IMG/VR virus record: IMGVR_UViG_3300037195_001092
Span: 1 to 38,552 of that record
Length of the DNA: 38,552 nt
Reading direction: 5' to 3' (one strand)
Source of the DNA: a virus
Taxonomy: Duplodnaviria > Caudoviricetes
The translations under genes and the position numbers were made by a program. The notes under the pieces are model-generated. The model saw nothing but the letters and a program-made list of their open reading frames with translations, did no database searches and was not told where the DNA came from. Every line of letters starts with the position of its first letter. Position 1 is the stretch's first letter. Of the stretch, positions 1 through 11,013 are shown piece by piece.

Positions 1-36
1 ACCTCCTGAAGCAGGTTTAATGGTTAAGTTACCCAT
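1..36 (-). CDS. 5' fragment of a tail fibre-like gene (MGNLTIKPASGG...), runs off the left edge
   Basis: ATG at 36, 9 nt after the stop of the 46..1320 gene, preceded by AGGAAG. Possibly the start of the gene whose remainder is at the right edge. Confidence 0.6.
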   Translation of the reverse strand, partial: MGNLTIKPASGG

Positions 37-45
37 AGGCTTCCT

Positions 46-1320
46 TTATGGTCCTGTGATTGTGGTGTTTCCACCTGATAATTGAATAGTTAAAATAGTT
101 GCTGAATCATCTTTCATATAAATAATTCCATTATCAGCATTCAGTTCTACATAAGTAGTTGCATCCAAAGTTATTGCCGCATCTGAATCTATTTCTGGGA
201 TCTTTTTATTAGTCAATGTTTTAGATGTCTGGGATAAATAGGTATCAACATTATCAATATGTACTTGTCGCATACCTACATCTGCATCATCCATAACAAA
301 CGCATCTCCACTAGCTACTGTAGGTGTCGTAATAGTTGCTCCAGCATCCATGACATTCAATTCAGTAGCAGTCGCAGACATAACTACATCTTCATTGATC
401 TTTGGGCTGGTAAGGGTTTTATTGGTAAGTTCCTGAGTGCTGGTTAATGTGACCAATGATGCAGATGAAAGATCAATCGGACCTGATTCGGTGATGTTGG
501 CACTTCCTTCTATTGTCCCATCTCCAGTAATGATTTCTGCAACAATCAAAGTTCCATTAACAGTAAGGTCATAACCATTAAGATCCAGCTTGTATGGAGT
601 GATATAGGTTTCACCGACTCCAATCTCCAGATTCGCAGTCAGTTTGACATTGAACCCTCCTGCATCAATGACCGCAGACCAGTTAGCTATATCACCTGTG
701 AAAGTAGCTCCTGCATCATGTGTTGTCGTACAGATATAAACTGCTCCCGTGTCATTCTGACGGATCAGATCCCTTTCAGAATAAGTCGTTCCTGAAGCCC
801 AGGCTCCTTGCCAGACCCCGATCTCCTGAGTAGCAGACAACTGCCCTGATGAATCAAATGCGAGAATTTTATCGGCTCGATCTGCGGCAACATCAGAGAT
901 TTCCGTTTCCGCAGTCGTAACCGATGTCACCGTATCGGCATAACGGATGGTACGGTCTGTGTTGGTGGACAACTGCTGGGACTGCATGGTTCCTTTGTCA
1001 AAGGATGCTTCCAGAGTTTCCGCATCTAACGCCGTATTATTCTGATAATTGGTAAGCTGGGTATAAGGAACATTTCTGACCAGTACAACATTTGCTGTTC
1101 CCGAAGCAGGATAATTCCCTTCAGTAAACGTAACCGTTGCATTGGTTTCGGTTCCTGCATTGGCTACGGTATAATCGGAATCTAATTCTTTTGGTGTTGA
1201 GTTCCCATCTACATAAACATCGAGATCCGAATCCTCAAGTACCCTGAATCCGCATTGGAACGGTCCTGCGGTTCCGTTCCCGTTTTTTTCTGCTCTGGTA
1301 GTGGTTGTTGTAACGGCCAT
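46..1320 (-). CDS. Tail fibre / fibre-adapter protein with T7 gp17-like N-terminal anchor
   Basis: N-terminal GNGT..PF...F..L..SDL.VYVDG...DYTV...VTF...PASG...VLVR..P.TQ...E..FD...M..QQ pattern of podophage fibre anchors; W..GTTY..D.I...YIC module; follows the internal virion genes. Confidence 0.85.
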   Translation of the reverse strand: MAVTTTTTRAEKNGNGTAGPFQCGFRVLEDSDLDVYVDGNSTPKELDSDYTVANAGTETNATVTFTEGNYPASGTANVVLVRNVPYTQLTNYQNNTALDAETLEASFDKGTMQSQQLSTNTDRTIRYADTVTSVTTAETEISDVAADRADKILAFDSSGQLSATQEIGVWQGAWASGTTYSERDLIRQNDTGAVYICTTTHDAGATFTGDIANWSAVIDAGGFNVKLTANLEIGVGETYITPYKLDLNGYDLTVNGTLIVAEIITGDGTIEGSANITESGPIDLSSASLVTLTSTQELTNKTLTSPKINEDVVMSATATELNVMDAGATITTPTVASGDAFVMDDADVGMRQVHIDNVDTYLSQTSKTLTNKKIPEIDSDAAITLDATTYVELNADNGIIYMKDDSATILTIQLSGGNTTITGP

Positions 1321-1321
1321 T

Positions 1322-3817
1322 TCACCTCACTAATGTTGATATCACGTCTCCCATGTGTCTGGGTCCTCCCTCTCTGACAAATTCAGAGGGATCACCCCAT
1401 GGAGAGACAAAAGGCAACCCGATATCGATGTATTCCTGGTCACGATCATATTTGTACCAGTTCTCCAAGCGTTGCAGTGATCCTGGATTCAGATGTTCAC
1501 GCATTTGCCAATCAATGAAGTAGTTATAGGCCCATTCGGTATAGAAAAGATTGGCATACGGAGTGTTTGACTTTAGAGCTTTCCATGCTTCCCATGCAGT
1601 CACATCATCAGACATCATTCCTGCAAACATAGTTGCAAAATCCTTATAGGTGCTGTAATGAGTTCCAAGGATTTCTTCATCGAGTTTACCATAGTAAGTT
1701 CCATATTCTGCCGCTAAACCATCACCCATGAATCCAAGCACTCCAGATTGACGGAGCATATCGAAGTAGGTTCGGGGGTCATCAAGGGGCTTTCGGGTTT
1801 TGCCTGCGGCCAGATCTTTCAGGGAGAGTGAGGCATATCCGAATCCCATTGCACCAAGGGTATGGTAGGCAGAAGACTTGATTCCCATTTCATACATTCG
1901 GGGCGCAAGGTTGTTCCACATTGCCACCTGATAGGTTCTGAACTGCATGAAACCCTGTGCGGCCGCACCAGGAATCGTTCCTCTCTGGAACGTCCTCATC
2001 ATCATCGCTCTGTCACCGACTCCGATCTCTGGAACCCCGATACGGGCTTCATTGACGAAAAATAGGGAGAGTTTATCGGAAAGTCTTGAATCTGCCGCAG
2101 TTCCATTCTGAAGCACCCAATCAGGCGTGATGAATCGTTCATCAGGGAAGTTGTTTCCTTTGAGATCAGGTTCATTCTTGACAAGATCTGATATTTTGAA
2201 ACTACCTATTTCCTGGAGTCTTCCCCAATCCTTTTCATTGATTCCGTACTGTTCAACAACCCTTTTGAAGTTTCCGTCCAGGTTGTTCCATCCTGTTCTC
2301 AGATTCTTGGCAAAGTGCATGGAAGACATTGCGGAGAACGCTTCCCGTGACCAATCGGTCCATGCATTCAGTCCGTTGAGATGGAAGAACTTATCCACGG
2401 CATCCGACATCATTCCAGGGAGGGCATCATAGATGGTGAAACGTGATGCGGCAGAGCCTAAGATGGAGTCTGCACCGACTCCGAGCATCCGATAAACGTA
2501 CTTTCTTTCTGCTTCTGGGATCTGTCTTCCAAGGTTTTTCAGCATTCCTGCATACGCACTGAATCCGTGGACTCCCATGTGATTCAGAGTCATGGATGCG
2601 GTAGCCATGTCCGTCAGGGAAGACAATGCGGATTTTCCAAGTTTGGACAGGATGTTCAGCCCTGAAATAAAATTAACGAATTTGGCAAGTCCTGGCTTTC
2701 CTATGATGAATGCTTCTCCTGTCAGGTGGGCAAATCTGGCTCTAAAACCATTTTCTTCCCATGCCGACATTTCCTTACCTTCGGATTTCATCTTGGTCTT
2801 GATCTCATCAACCATGGTCTGAAAGGTTTCATGAGGATCAGGACCCATAAAATCCATCAGCACCGAGCGGTTGGATTGGATTTCAAGATCGTTGAATATC
2901 GCATGGATCGGAGATTGGTGGCCGTAGAGTTCGTTATATTGAAGCCATGAATCAGAATCTTTGAAGATCAGTTCCCGTCCATGTTCAAACTGTTCTCCGA
3001 CTGCTTCTGACATCCTGAATTTAGACGTGTCGTATTGCTTGGATGCCTTCGTTCTTCCGTCAAAGACTTTGCCCAGATATTCATCAATGGTCATTTTGTG
3101 ACCTGGAAGAACCACTCCTGGAGCAATCACCTTTTTAGGAACATTTTTCAGTTTGGTTTTTTCCCAATCAATCAACCCTCGGACATCCTTGATCCATTGA
3201 TCTTTGTTGGCTTTTGCCATCCGGTAGGGATCATGCCATTGGGTTGCTACGTGATCGGCTCGGTATCTCACGGCAACCCCAGATCGGTTGAGGTCGAGAA
3301 TGATCCGTTGTTTGGCATCCACAATCGACTTTGCCATCTGAAAAGCGATCCTGTTTCCTGTCTTCATCTTCCCGTCAAAGGGGTAAAGCTCCTTAACTAA
3401 ATCTCTCTGAAACGCCCGTGATTGAAGGATTCTTCTCAGGGCTCTGGAGGATAGCCCCGTCTCCGCAAAGATCTTCCCATGCATGGTTTTAAGCTTTGCA
3501 CGTTGCATTGTGCCTATGGAGTAGAGGAAACCTTCCTTTCTCCGAGTCGATCCTGTTAAAAAGGCTTTGAAGTTACGGATATATTTATTGTCATCGAATA
3601 CCCGTCTTCTCATTTCCTTCAACGTGGAGACTTTTTTGACTGCACTGACTGCCGCCATACGGGTCGTAAAATCAATATCTGGAAGATCCTGGTTGATCTG
3701 CTTGAGGATACTTTGGAAATCATCTCCCTCACTGATCCGAGTCTGAATGTCATCCGATATCTTTTTGACATCTTCAGGACCAAGCCCTGCTTTTTTCAGG
3801 ATATCTTCACACTTCAT
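1322..3817 (-). CDS. Large internal virion (ejection) protein
   Basis: 831-aa helical protein just before the fibre gene. Has GLN.WT..R, QFRTY and PYANLFY...NPGSL.R.E motifs that I recognise from epsilon15/BPP-1-like internal proteins. Confidence 0.75.
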   Translation of the reverse strand: MKCEDILKKAGLGPEDVKKISDDIQTRISEGDDFQSILKQINQDLPDIDFTTRMAAVSAVKKVSTLKEMRRRVFDDNKYIRNFKAFLTGSTRRKEGFLYSIGTMQRAKLKTMHGKIFAETGLSSRALRRILQSRAFQRDLVKELYPFDGKMKTGNRIAFQMAKSIVDAKQRIILDLNRSGVAVRYRADHVATQWHDPYRMAKANKDQWIKDVRGLIDWEKTKLKNVPKKVIAPGVVLPGHKMTIDEYLGKVFDGRTKASKQYDTSKFRMSEAVGEQFEHGRELIFKDSDSWLQYNELYGHQSPIHAIFNDLEIQSNRSVLMDFMGPDPHETFQTMVDEIKTKMKSEGKEMSAWEENGFRARFAHLTGEAFIIGKPGLAKFVNFISGLNILSKLGKSALSSLTDMATASMTLNHMGVHGFSAYAGMLKNLGRQIPEAERKYVYRMLGVGADSILGSAASRFTIYDALPGMMSDAVDKFFHLNGLNAWTDWSREAFSAMSSMHFAKNLRTGWNNLDGNFKRVVEQYGINEKDWGRLQEIGSFKISDLVKNEPDLKGNNFPDERFITPDWVLQNGTAADSRLSDKLSLFFVNEARIGVPEIGVGDRAMMMRTFQRGTIPGAAAQGFMQFRTYQVAMWNNLAPRMYEMGIKSSAYHTLGAMGFGYASLSLKDLAAGKTRKPLDDPRTYFDMLRQSGVLGFMGDGLAAEYGTYYGKLDEEILGTHYSTYKDFATMFAGMMSDDVTAWEAWKALKSNTPYANLFYTEWAYNYFIDWQMREHLNPGSLQRLENWYKYDRDQEYIDIGLPFVSPWGDPSEFVREGGPRHMGDVISTLVR

Positions 3818-3818
3818 C

Positions 3819-4757
3819 TCACCTCGTTTTGCACTGAATGAAATCCACCATTTTTTTCGCTATATTTTTACCAGACTTAAAGACCGCCTTTACGGTTTCT
3901 TCTTCAGACAATAGCTTCCATTCGTCATCTAAAACCCTTTGAGCTTTCTCCAATGGGGCTTCTGCTTCCAATTCGGCTTCGGTTTTAGGACGTGGAGGAG
4001 CAGTTTCATTTACTTCGATTGGTTTTCCTTGGGCAGAATCATCAAGGGCTTTCGCCGCCGCACCAAGATTTTCATCAATAGAGTTTTTCTTGAGAAGGTC
4101 TGAAACTTTACGCATCCCAGCAACACCAGCACCAATCGATCCTGCCATTGCGATATTTATAATTCCCGTTTGTAAATCATAATCTGTCTGGTGACTTATT
4201 TTTCTTCCTGCAATGGCACCCTCACCTATTACTGATCCTGTCATAGCATCAATGATATCGTCTGCTCTTGTTTCAGCCTTTGCTTTCAAAGGATTTACAA
4301 AGCGTTTAAATTTCATCGCTTTGGTGCTGGATGAAATCCAACGAAATGTTGATGCCAAAGTTCGGGTCCAGGGGAGGTAATTCAGAGGATCTAATAGTGC
4401 GCCTGCAAAATAACCAGCCGTATGTGCAAAGTTAAATCCTTGCATATCTCCGTATAAGTGATCTTTTAAATTATAATCATATTCATCCCGTATCGCTTCA
4501 GCCTGATATGCGGTCATTCCGTCATACCATTCAGTGTCAGGACGAGCATACAAGGCTTCCCAGGTTTCTTTGTCTACCAGATCATCCGTGTCTATAACGT
4601 GAAACCTTGCAAAGTCATACATTGCAATGGTTGGGTTCTCTCTGGTCATAGACATATCAAATCCTGCATCCCAACGATCTCCTGCGGAGGCCTGGATTGC
4701 ATCCTGATAGTGCCCTGCGATAATAGGAGATTTTTCTAAGAAATAAGATTGAATCAT
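3819..4757 (-). CDS. Internal virion protein
   Basis: 312 aa; GALLDPLNYLP motif and Gly/Ala-rich segments; tightly packed within the ejection-protein block. Confidence 0.65.
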   Translation of the reverse strand: MIQSYFLEKSPIIAGHYQDAIQASAGDRWDAGFDMSMTRENPTIAMYDFARFHVIDTDDLVDKETWEALYARPDTEWYDGMTAYQAEAIRDEYDYNLKDHLYGDMQGFNFAHTAGYFAGALLDPLNYLPWTRTLASTFRWISSSTKAMKFKRFVNPLKAKAETRADDIIDAMTGSVIGEGAIAGRKISHQTDYDLQTGIINIAMAGSIGAGVAGMRKVSDLLKKNSIDENLGAAAKALDDSAQGKPIEVNETAPPRPKTEAELEAEAPLEKAQRVLDDEWKLLSEEETVKAVFKSGKNIAKKMVDFIQCKTR

Positions 4758-7700
4758 TCTCTAAAACCCCAATTGGGTTCAATATATTCGTAAAAAGTTT
4801 CTAAACCAAAATCCCAAAAATCTTCATAAAACCATTTCTCTGAGGTTTTCGGTGTTTCTTCCCTGATTTCCTTACTTAATTGTTTAATTGCTTTTTTTGC
4901 ATCAGCACCTTTCAACTCACCAAGATCCCGTTCTTCGACTATTTCTCTCAAATCATCAACTGCATTTTGCCTAACAACATCTCTTCCTGCCCATTGATCT
5001 AAATTATTTAACAGATCATTTGCTGTGTTGTTATCAGGCATATGATCTAAAGGACTCGGTAACACTCCTGGTATTGCCGCCCGTGTCGCTGCTGGACCTT
5101 CAATACGGTAAAGCATCTTTCGTTTAGTGTAGCTTTGGGCGTGTGAAACAATTTGGTCTAATTTGTAGGTCAATGCTCTGTGACCACTGCCGTTGCTTTC
5201 TCCAATTCTTAAAATACCGCCAAAGGGATAACCTTTTAATGCTACCGCCCAGGTTTCTCCATCTGGATTTCTTACTACGGATAGGGTCGGGACTTCTTTA
5301 GCAGTTACAGAATCAGCCGATGAGGCCAGTAATTCCTTTTGATACTGTTTTATGGTTTTAGTGAGTTGCGGATATTTTTCTAATTCCTCCTCTGACATTT
5401 TCATCAATAAAGCAGGATCAACTTTATCTGCCCCCATCACAAACAACGACCCGTCCAGTTCTCCTGCTTCGTTTCTGAATTTCATCAATAAAGAAGCAAC
5501 CCCTTTTTCAAACTGCTTGACAGTTATTTGATTGTCATCCAACACCTGTTGTCCAATCCAGGTGTGTTTCTGTAAATGACTTGGTAAATGATTCGGCATT
5601 TCTGCCAATACAATCCCCTGAAAGAATTGTTCTGCGGATTCTTGAGGATCTGCATCAGCATCTCGACTCATCTGATATGCATGAAAACGGAAAAAGTGTT
5701 CTTTTATTTCTTCTGAAGCACTATATGTTTCTACACCGCTTAACATCCTTTCATTTGCAATTTGATTTAATTTTGTTCTGAGTTGTGAACCATTTGAAAT
5801 GTAATCCTTGACCTTTATTGGTTCTGTATCTGCAACCAAATGGGACCTGAATCCGACAGGTCCAAGATACGGAGAATAAAAATGCCATCGTTTGATGATT
5901 CCTCTTTTTAAGAGATCATTTTTTGCTAACGTAGCCCAATTCCCGTATTTGTTCTCAATCTCTTTATTTAAATCCAGTATATCTCTGGGCATGGTCACAT
6001 TTTTAACCATCTGCCTTACGAGATGTGCATCTGTATCAGAAACAACTTTTAATTGAGACAAAATCTGCTGATTAGGATCATGCAATACCGCACCACCATT
6101 TTTCATTCCTCTGTAAACCATCATGTGATTCATTACTGAATCCACATCAAAGGAATTGGCTCTAAATGCTTTTACAGCTTCTTCTTTGCCACGAACTGAT
6201 GAAAGTGTAGAGTCTTCTTCTATCCCCTTCTCTTTTCTTATGACTTCTACCGTTTTTTCATTTTTGATAGCATCATATTGTTGGAGCCTATTATTCACTC
6301 GCTCCCAAGTATTTTTCTCTACGACATAAGTCGGTGAGTTCTGAGAAGGCTTATACTCCAACATAGAAGTCATTGCTTCCGCTTGACTTATTTCTCCCAT
6401 TCTTAATCCACGGAATATCGGAAGTGTGTTTTGCAACATCTGGTCTTCTGCAACAGCACTGGCATATTTCACTTCATCATTTTTGAAGATCTTTTTGAAA
6501 TCGTACTTTGCACTAGGGGGGTCAGGCATCGGAGTATTGATATTTCCGTCATAAACCGATTCTTCATAGGATCTCATTTTAATACTTAATCCTTCTGCAC
6601 CAATCACCTCCTTATCTTTTTTTGCATTTTCTTCAATTGATTTTATGGCGGCTAATACTTTCGTTTGTGCATTGGCTCTTGCTGTTTGGTCATCCCAATT
6701 TTTCCAGTTTTTTTCATTTCCTAATTTTACTGCCAGTTCTTCCAGTTTTTTTACATTTCCAGAAAACCAATAAGCATTGTATTCACCAATAAATTTGGCA
6801 TGATCAATATTGCTTTTATCTGCATCAAATTGTTTATCCAACGCAATGACCTGTTTCATTGCGGCTCTATAATACTGAGCATAGGTTTTTGGATGAACTT
6901 TCCCAAATATCTCATCCTTGTTTGAAGCATTCGCATCAATTTTCAGAAAGATCTTTGGATGATTTGTAGCAAAGCGGTACGCCAGTGTCGTTTGGACGTT
7001 GGTATCAACCTTGTTCATCAAATCATTATGTTCTGCTTCACTGATAATCCCACTCTGTAATTGGCGTTTAGCTTCTAATTTTATCTCTTCAACAATCTCT
7101 TCCCTGTCTTGAATCAACTCATTTCTTTTAGATTTATACTCTTTGTATTTACTATTCCAATCTGGATCTTGTTTAGTAAGAGTCCCCCCAAATTGCTGAT
7201 GCATTGCAAATTCATATGCTTGTTCATCAAGTTCTCTGGTTTTGGCATCCATGTATATTTTGAAACCATCCTGTCGATTTTGTGAAATCTGCTGAATTTT
7301 GTTTTGACGAATTGAACTCAATGAACTTAAAAAAGCATCTGCTTTCCGATCACGCATGATCGAATCACGCCTTTTGTAGTTCTGTTTGTTGTATTTCTGG
7401 GAGAGATCTTTGTAGAGTTTGTCTTCTTCAAGACGGTAGTAATCTGAAACTCCGTTGATGTCCTGAAGGTCAAACTGGTTGGATTTGGCTTTTCCAGAGT
7501 TGATGTTATCCCGTAACCCCTGGACCTTCTGGGTATAGTCCAAGAAGAATGCATCAGCCTGATTCTGGTGTTCTGCTTCTTTGAGTTTGGTGGCAATGTC
7601 CACCGCCACGGTTCCTACTTCAAAAACCGTATCAATGGCGTTAGACCATGCCTGCGATCCTGCGGTCTGGTCATCAAAAAACTGCAATGCATTGGGAGGA

Positions 7701-7777
7701 GGTGCTGGGGCTCCTGTCTGGGTAGACTTAGGACCCTGTGCGGTTTCTTCTCCAGAGTAGTATTGAAATTCAGCCAT
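4754..7777 (-). CDS. Large internal virion protein (T7 gp15-like position)
   Basis: 1007 aa, predicted helical/charged; call is by synteny only. Confidence 0.6.
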   Translation of the reverse strand: MAEFQYYSGEETAQGPKSTQTGAPAPPPNALQFFDDQTAGSQAWSNAIDTVFEVGTVAVDIATKLKEAEHQNQADAFFLDYTQKVQGLRDNINSGKAKSNQFDLQDINGVSDYYRLEEDKLYKDLSQKYNKQNYKRRDSIMRDRKADAFLSSLSSIRQNKIQQISQNRQDGFKIYMDAKTRELDEQAYEFAMHQQFGGTLTKQDPDWNSKYKEYKSKRNELIQDREEIVEEIKLEAKRQLQSGIISEAEHNDLMNKVDTNVQTTLAYRFATNHPKIFLKIDANASNKDEIFGKVHPKTYAQYYRAAMKQVIALDKQFDADKSNIDHAKFIGEYNAYWFSGNVKKLEELAVKLGNEKNWKNWDDQTARANAQTKVLAAIKSIEENAKKDKEVIGAEGLSIKMRSYEESVYDGNINTPMPDPPSAKYDFKKIFKNDEVKYASAVAEDQMLQNTLPIFRGLRMGEISQAEAMTSMLEYKPSQNSPTYVVEKNTWERVNNRLQQYDAIKNEKTVEVIRKEKGIEEDSTLSSVRGKEEAVKAFRANSFDVDSVMNHMMVYRGMKNGGAVLHDPNQQILSQLKVVSDTDAHLVRQMVKNVTMPRDILDLNKEIENKYGNWATLAKNDLLKRGIIKRWHFYSPYLGPVGFRSHLVADTEPIKVKDYISNGSQLRTKLNQIANERMLSGVETYSASEEIKEHFFRFHAYQMSRDADADPQESAEQFFQGIVLAEMPNHLPSHLQKHTWIGQQVLDDNQITVKQFEKGVASLLMKFRNEAGELDGSLFVMGADKVDPALLMKMSEEELEKYPQLTKTIKQYQKELLASSADSVTAKEVPTLSVVRNPDGETWAVALKGYPFGGILRIGESNGSGHRALTYKLDQIVSHAQSYTKRKMLYRIEGPAATRAAIPGVLPSPLDHMPDNNTANDLLNNLDQWAGRDVVRQNAVDDLREIVEERDLGELKGADAKKAIKQLSKEIREETPKTSEKWFYEDFWDFGLETFYEYIEPNWGFRE

Positions 7778-7779
7778 AA

Positions 7780-8457
7780 TTAATAATACATTTCAGGTCC
7801 AGATTGAGGCTCTATAGCACTCCTGCTTTTTGCTGGTGTTCTTGTCCCATAAGCCTGATCCAACGAGATGCCCATACCTGTTCCTTGAGCCAATCCTCCA
7901 AGGACACTGGAGAACATATTCAGACCTCTGGAACCTTCCAATCCTTCCGCACCAGATCTCATCAGGGATGCCTTTCGGTAGGACATTTTCTTTTGGAATG
8001 ATGCACTTTTCTTCATTTCATCGGTTTCCCATTTCACATCATCCCACAGGGATTTGATGCTGTTTCTCGCATTCTTCATGTTGGATCTTGCTTCTGCATC
8101 TCCGACTTCCATCTGAAGCGCCGCATTTTCCAATGGGGTTCCACTTCCGACATCTGCACCACGTCCTGCGGCATAGGTGATGAATTTAGATGCATTCCGT
8201 TCAGCCTTTGCTTTGATCTTCATGCTGTTCACATCAGCAGAATTCATGATGGACAGGGACTGACGTAGGGCCACCCGTTTCTTTCGCAATGAACCCCGAT
8301 TTGCAGTGTCCAGGAACATATCTCCATAGTCTTCTTCCCATCCTGCCTGAAGCTGAAGAGACTTAATCTTTTGAAGTGTTTGTTGATCCTGTCCCAATCC
8401 ACGGGCATAGCCCATGGCTCCACCCAAAAGCATTGGTACAATTAATTGCCACGCCAT
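7780..8457 (-). CDS. Internal virion protein (T7 gp14-like)
   Basis: Hydrophobic Gly-rich N-terminus; AAGRGADVGSGTPL motif; directly after tail tubular B. Confidence 0.75.
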   Translation of the reverse strand: MAWQLIVPMLLGGAMGYARGLGQDQQTLQKIKSLQLQAGWEEDYGDMFLDTANRGSLRKKRVALRQSLSIMNSADVNSMKIKAKAERNASKFITYAAGRGADVGSGTPLENAALQMEVGDAEARSNMKNARNSIKSLWDDVKWETDEMKKSASFQKKMSYRKASLMRSGAEGLEGSRGLNMFSSVLGGLAQGTGMGISLDQAYGTRTPAKSRSAIEPQSGPEMYY

Positions 8458-8466
8458 AATCAGCCT

Positions 8467-11013
8467 TTATAAATCATTGCTTTCGTAATCAAATCCGATC
8501 ATCAGGATCGACAATGGAAACGGACCGTTCTGACCAATTACAATGTTGTGATCACCATAAGTCATGTTTCCCATGGTCAATACTTCATCCCCTGTGAGAT
8601 ATGCGACTGCCTCTCCAAGATTATCGGTCGGATATCGGAAGATCATCTCATCCAAAGTGGTTTCCGAAGGACCGTACACCAAACCCATCGAATCCAGCAT
8701 CTTCACCACAATCCTGTGGATCTTTTTGCGGTTTCCTACAAGCACTCCCGTGGGTCCTTCTGCAAGGTCCAGAGTCGTAACAAAGCTGTCAAAACCCAGT
8801 CCTGCATGAATCTTGTCAGATGATGATATTGTAACGGCTCCACTGGAGACGGTCTTATCATTCTGTAATGCGGAATCGGCAAGGATACGGACGGTTTCTC
8901 CTTCCAGATGATCTAACCCCGTCAGGTTGGTAACTTCGGAATCTTCGGTATAGATTCCTGCATCCACATAATGGGCATCATCACTGGTCAATTCTCCTGA
9001 ATCGTAGAACCGATCCATGTATTCAACATATCGGACGGTTGAACTGTCTATGGTCCTTTTCACCACCATCCATAGCTGATGATGGGTAGATGTGGGAATA
9101 ACCGCCAGAGATTCTACCTCCGCATCGGTTCCTGCCATCTCATGGTTGCTCCATGCCATCATGTTCAGGGCTTTGTTGTAGGTCACAGAAGCCAACTTTC
9201 CATTGTCTAAACGGCACCAGACGATGTTGTAAGGCATATCCTGATACACAATTTCCTTGACCTCATCCACCAGAATATCGTCTGCACGAATGGAGATATC
9301 GGAAGCCTGATTGACTTCCGCAGATTCCAGGCTATACGTAATATCACGTAACTTCCGTCCGTTCTTCTGGACGTAGAGGACGTTGTTATCAATGATCAGA
9401 GGATTGGCGTTGGTATCAGAGGGATAGCTGGTGACACGATCAATGGTGAAGTTGAACGGAGTCATGGTGACTTCAGTTTCCGATCCGTACATCTGGAAGA
9501 CTCCACCTGATGTTCCAACCGAAAGCTTTTTCCCAGAGATCATCCAGTCAATGAGATCGACTGTTGCAGAAGAAATGGTCAGGGTCAGGGCATTGTCATC
9601 CTTGACTTGCTCCCCGACCACACGGGCTCCTGTTGCCGTTACATTTCCTGATGCAACTCCTATTTTTTCTGATGGAGAGAAGTTGAAGAAATCACCAGTT
9701 TTAGAGAACCAAACAGTTTGAGGATTATCATCATTCCCTCCAAAGCACATCCGTTGCTGAAAGATCTCAACAGTCCTAGGCCACCCTGCATCGGAGTTCC
9801 ATGCATATTTACGCCACTCATGGTTAGGCCCTGCCGCCACCAGATCTTCCTTCACTGTGGCCGTGATGGTCAATGCATTGGTCACGGAATCCACCTGAAA
9901 ATACCCCCAACTGATTGCCGCACCCTGAAGGGGGTTAAAACGGAGGTAGGTATCTTCGTCATAGCTCTGAAATCCAATTCCGTCATTGATATCCAGAACT
10001 TCCCATTTATCTGCACCTCCTGCTGTTCCTGGAGTCTCTGTTGAGGAATCAGATGTATGTCCTACAATGGCGGTGTAATACTTTCCTCCCTGAGTGACAA
10101 TCTCTCCTTTGTCATAGGCAGTGCTGTCTGCATACGCAGTAGAAGTCCCGTCACCGACTTTTATCGTGACCGCCGTACCTTTGGGATAGATCTGCTTTTT
10201 AATAACGGTTTCCTTACCACGATCAATTAAAAATAGGGGCTTTCCTCCCAAGGTTGTTGCCAACTGATAAGTCGTAGAAGTAGCATTGACCACATAATAA
10301 TCGGTATCTACCACAAAATGAGTCCCACTGCCTGCCTCAGTATTCGGATCATCTTCATCATATTCAGGAAAATTCCCTGCATCTTCCCCTGTTTTCAATT
10401 CCATCCGAATGACCATTCCGTCCAGAAGATCATGGTTTGACAACTGGAAGAAATAATCTGCAATATCCACCTGTGGGTTCCCGACTGTGACTTCGGTTAC
10501 TGTTCCCGAAACAGTCAAGGTTGCAGATTCCTTATGGTTGATTGATAGATAAGGACCGTCCGTGGTATTGACATAATCAAAGGCCCAATCGGTATCTCCA
10601 GAACGGATCAACTGACGGGGTTGATACGAAGGATGAGCAATGAATAAGATGTCTGCGGATTGGGTGAAGTTCAGAGCATCCAGATCTGCGGTTCCAAAAG
10701 GCGATACAATCTCATAAGGAGCCCCCAGTACCGCAGAGTTTTTATAGAAGCGGATATAGAGATTCCCGAATTCTATGACGTAAGCCTGATCCTGTCCGAA
10801 GTTAAACGGGACCAACCTGACTTGCTGATTGGTTTTGGTGGAGGTGACGTAACGGGTTCCAGATCTTCGGGTGATGGAGCCTTGAGGCATCACCACCATG
10901 TTCTTGAGATCCTGAACCGAGGATTTATAAGAATCCGTATCTACAAAACCATGCAGTTTCTTAGATATCTGACCATCTGCAAAACTGGTCTGGTAATGGA
11001 GTAATCGGGCCAT
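8467..11013 (-). CDS. Tail tubular protein B / nozzle (T7 gp12-like)
   Basis: QTSF..GQIS, N.VV.PQG..TRR.GT, FTQSADILF.AH, GWP..V..FQQR, VWFSKTGDFFNF and GLDHLEGETV motifs. Confidence 0.92.
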   Translation of the reverse strand: MARLLHYQTSFADGQISKKLHGFVDTDSYKSSVQDLKNMVVMPQGSITRRSGTRYVTSTKTNQQVRLVPFNFGQDQAYVIEFGNLYIRFYKNSAVLGAPYEIVSPFGTADLDALNFTQSADILFIAHPSYQPRQLIRSGDTDWAFDYVNTTDGPYLSINHKESATLTVSGTVTEVTVGNPQVDIADYFFQLSNHDLLDGMVIRMELKTGEDAGNFPEYDEDDPNTEAGSGTHFVVDTDYYVVNATSTTYQLATTLGGKPLFLIDRGKETVIKKQIYPKGTAVTIKVGDGTSTAYADSTAYDKGEIVTQGGKYYTAIVGHTSDSSTETPGTAGGADKWEVLDINDGIGFQSYDEDTYLRFNPLQGAAISWGYFQVDSVTNALTITATVKEDLVAAGPNHEWRKYAWNSDAGWPRTVEIFQQRMCFGGNDDNPQTVWFSKTGDFFNFSPSEKIGVASGNVTATGARVVGEQVKDDNALTLTISSATVDLIDWMISGKKLSVGTSGGVFQMYGSETEVTMTPFNFTIDRVTSYPSDTNANPLIIDNNVLYVQKNGRKLRDITYSLESAEVNQASDISIRADDILVDEVKEIVYQDMPYNIVWCRLDNGKLASVTYNKALNMMAWSNHEMAGTDAEVESLAVIPTSTHHQLWMVVKRTIDSSTVRYVEYMDRFYDSGELTSDDAHYVDAGIYTEDSEVTNLTGLDHLEGETVRILADSALQNDKTVSSGAVTISSSDKIHAGLGFDSFVTTLDLAEGPTGVLVGNRKKIHRIVVKMLDSMGLVYGPSETTLDEMIFRYPTDNLGEAVAYLTGDEVLTMGNMTYGDHNIVIGQNGPFPLSILMIGFDYESNDL

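Noticed and set aside
46-1320. Diversity-generating retroelement, given the BPP-1-like virion genes
   Set aside because: No reverse transcriptase ORF and no template/variable repeat pair were seen.
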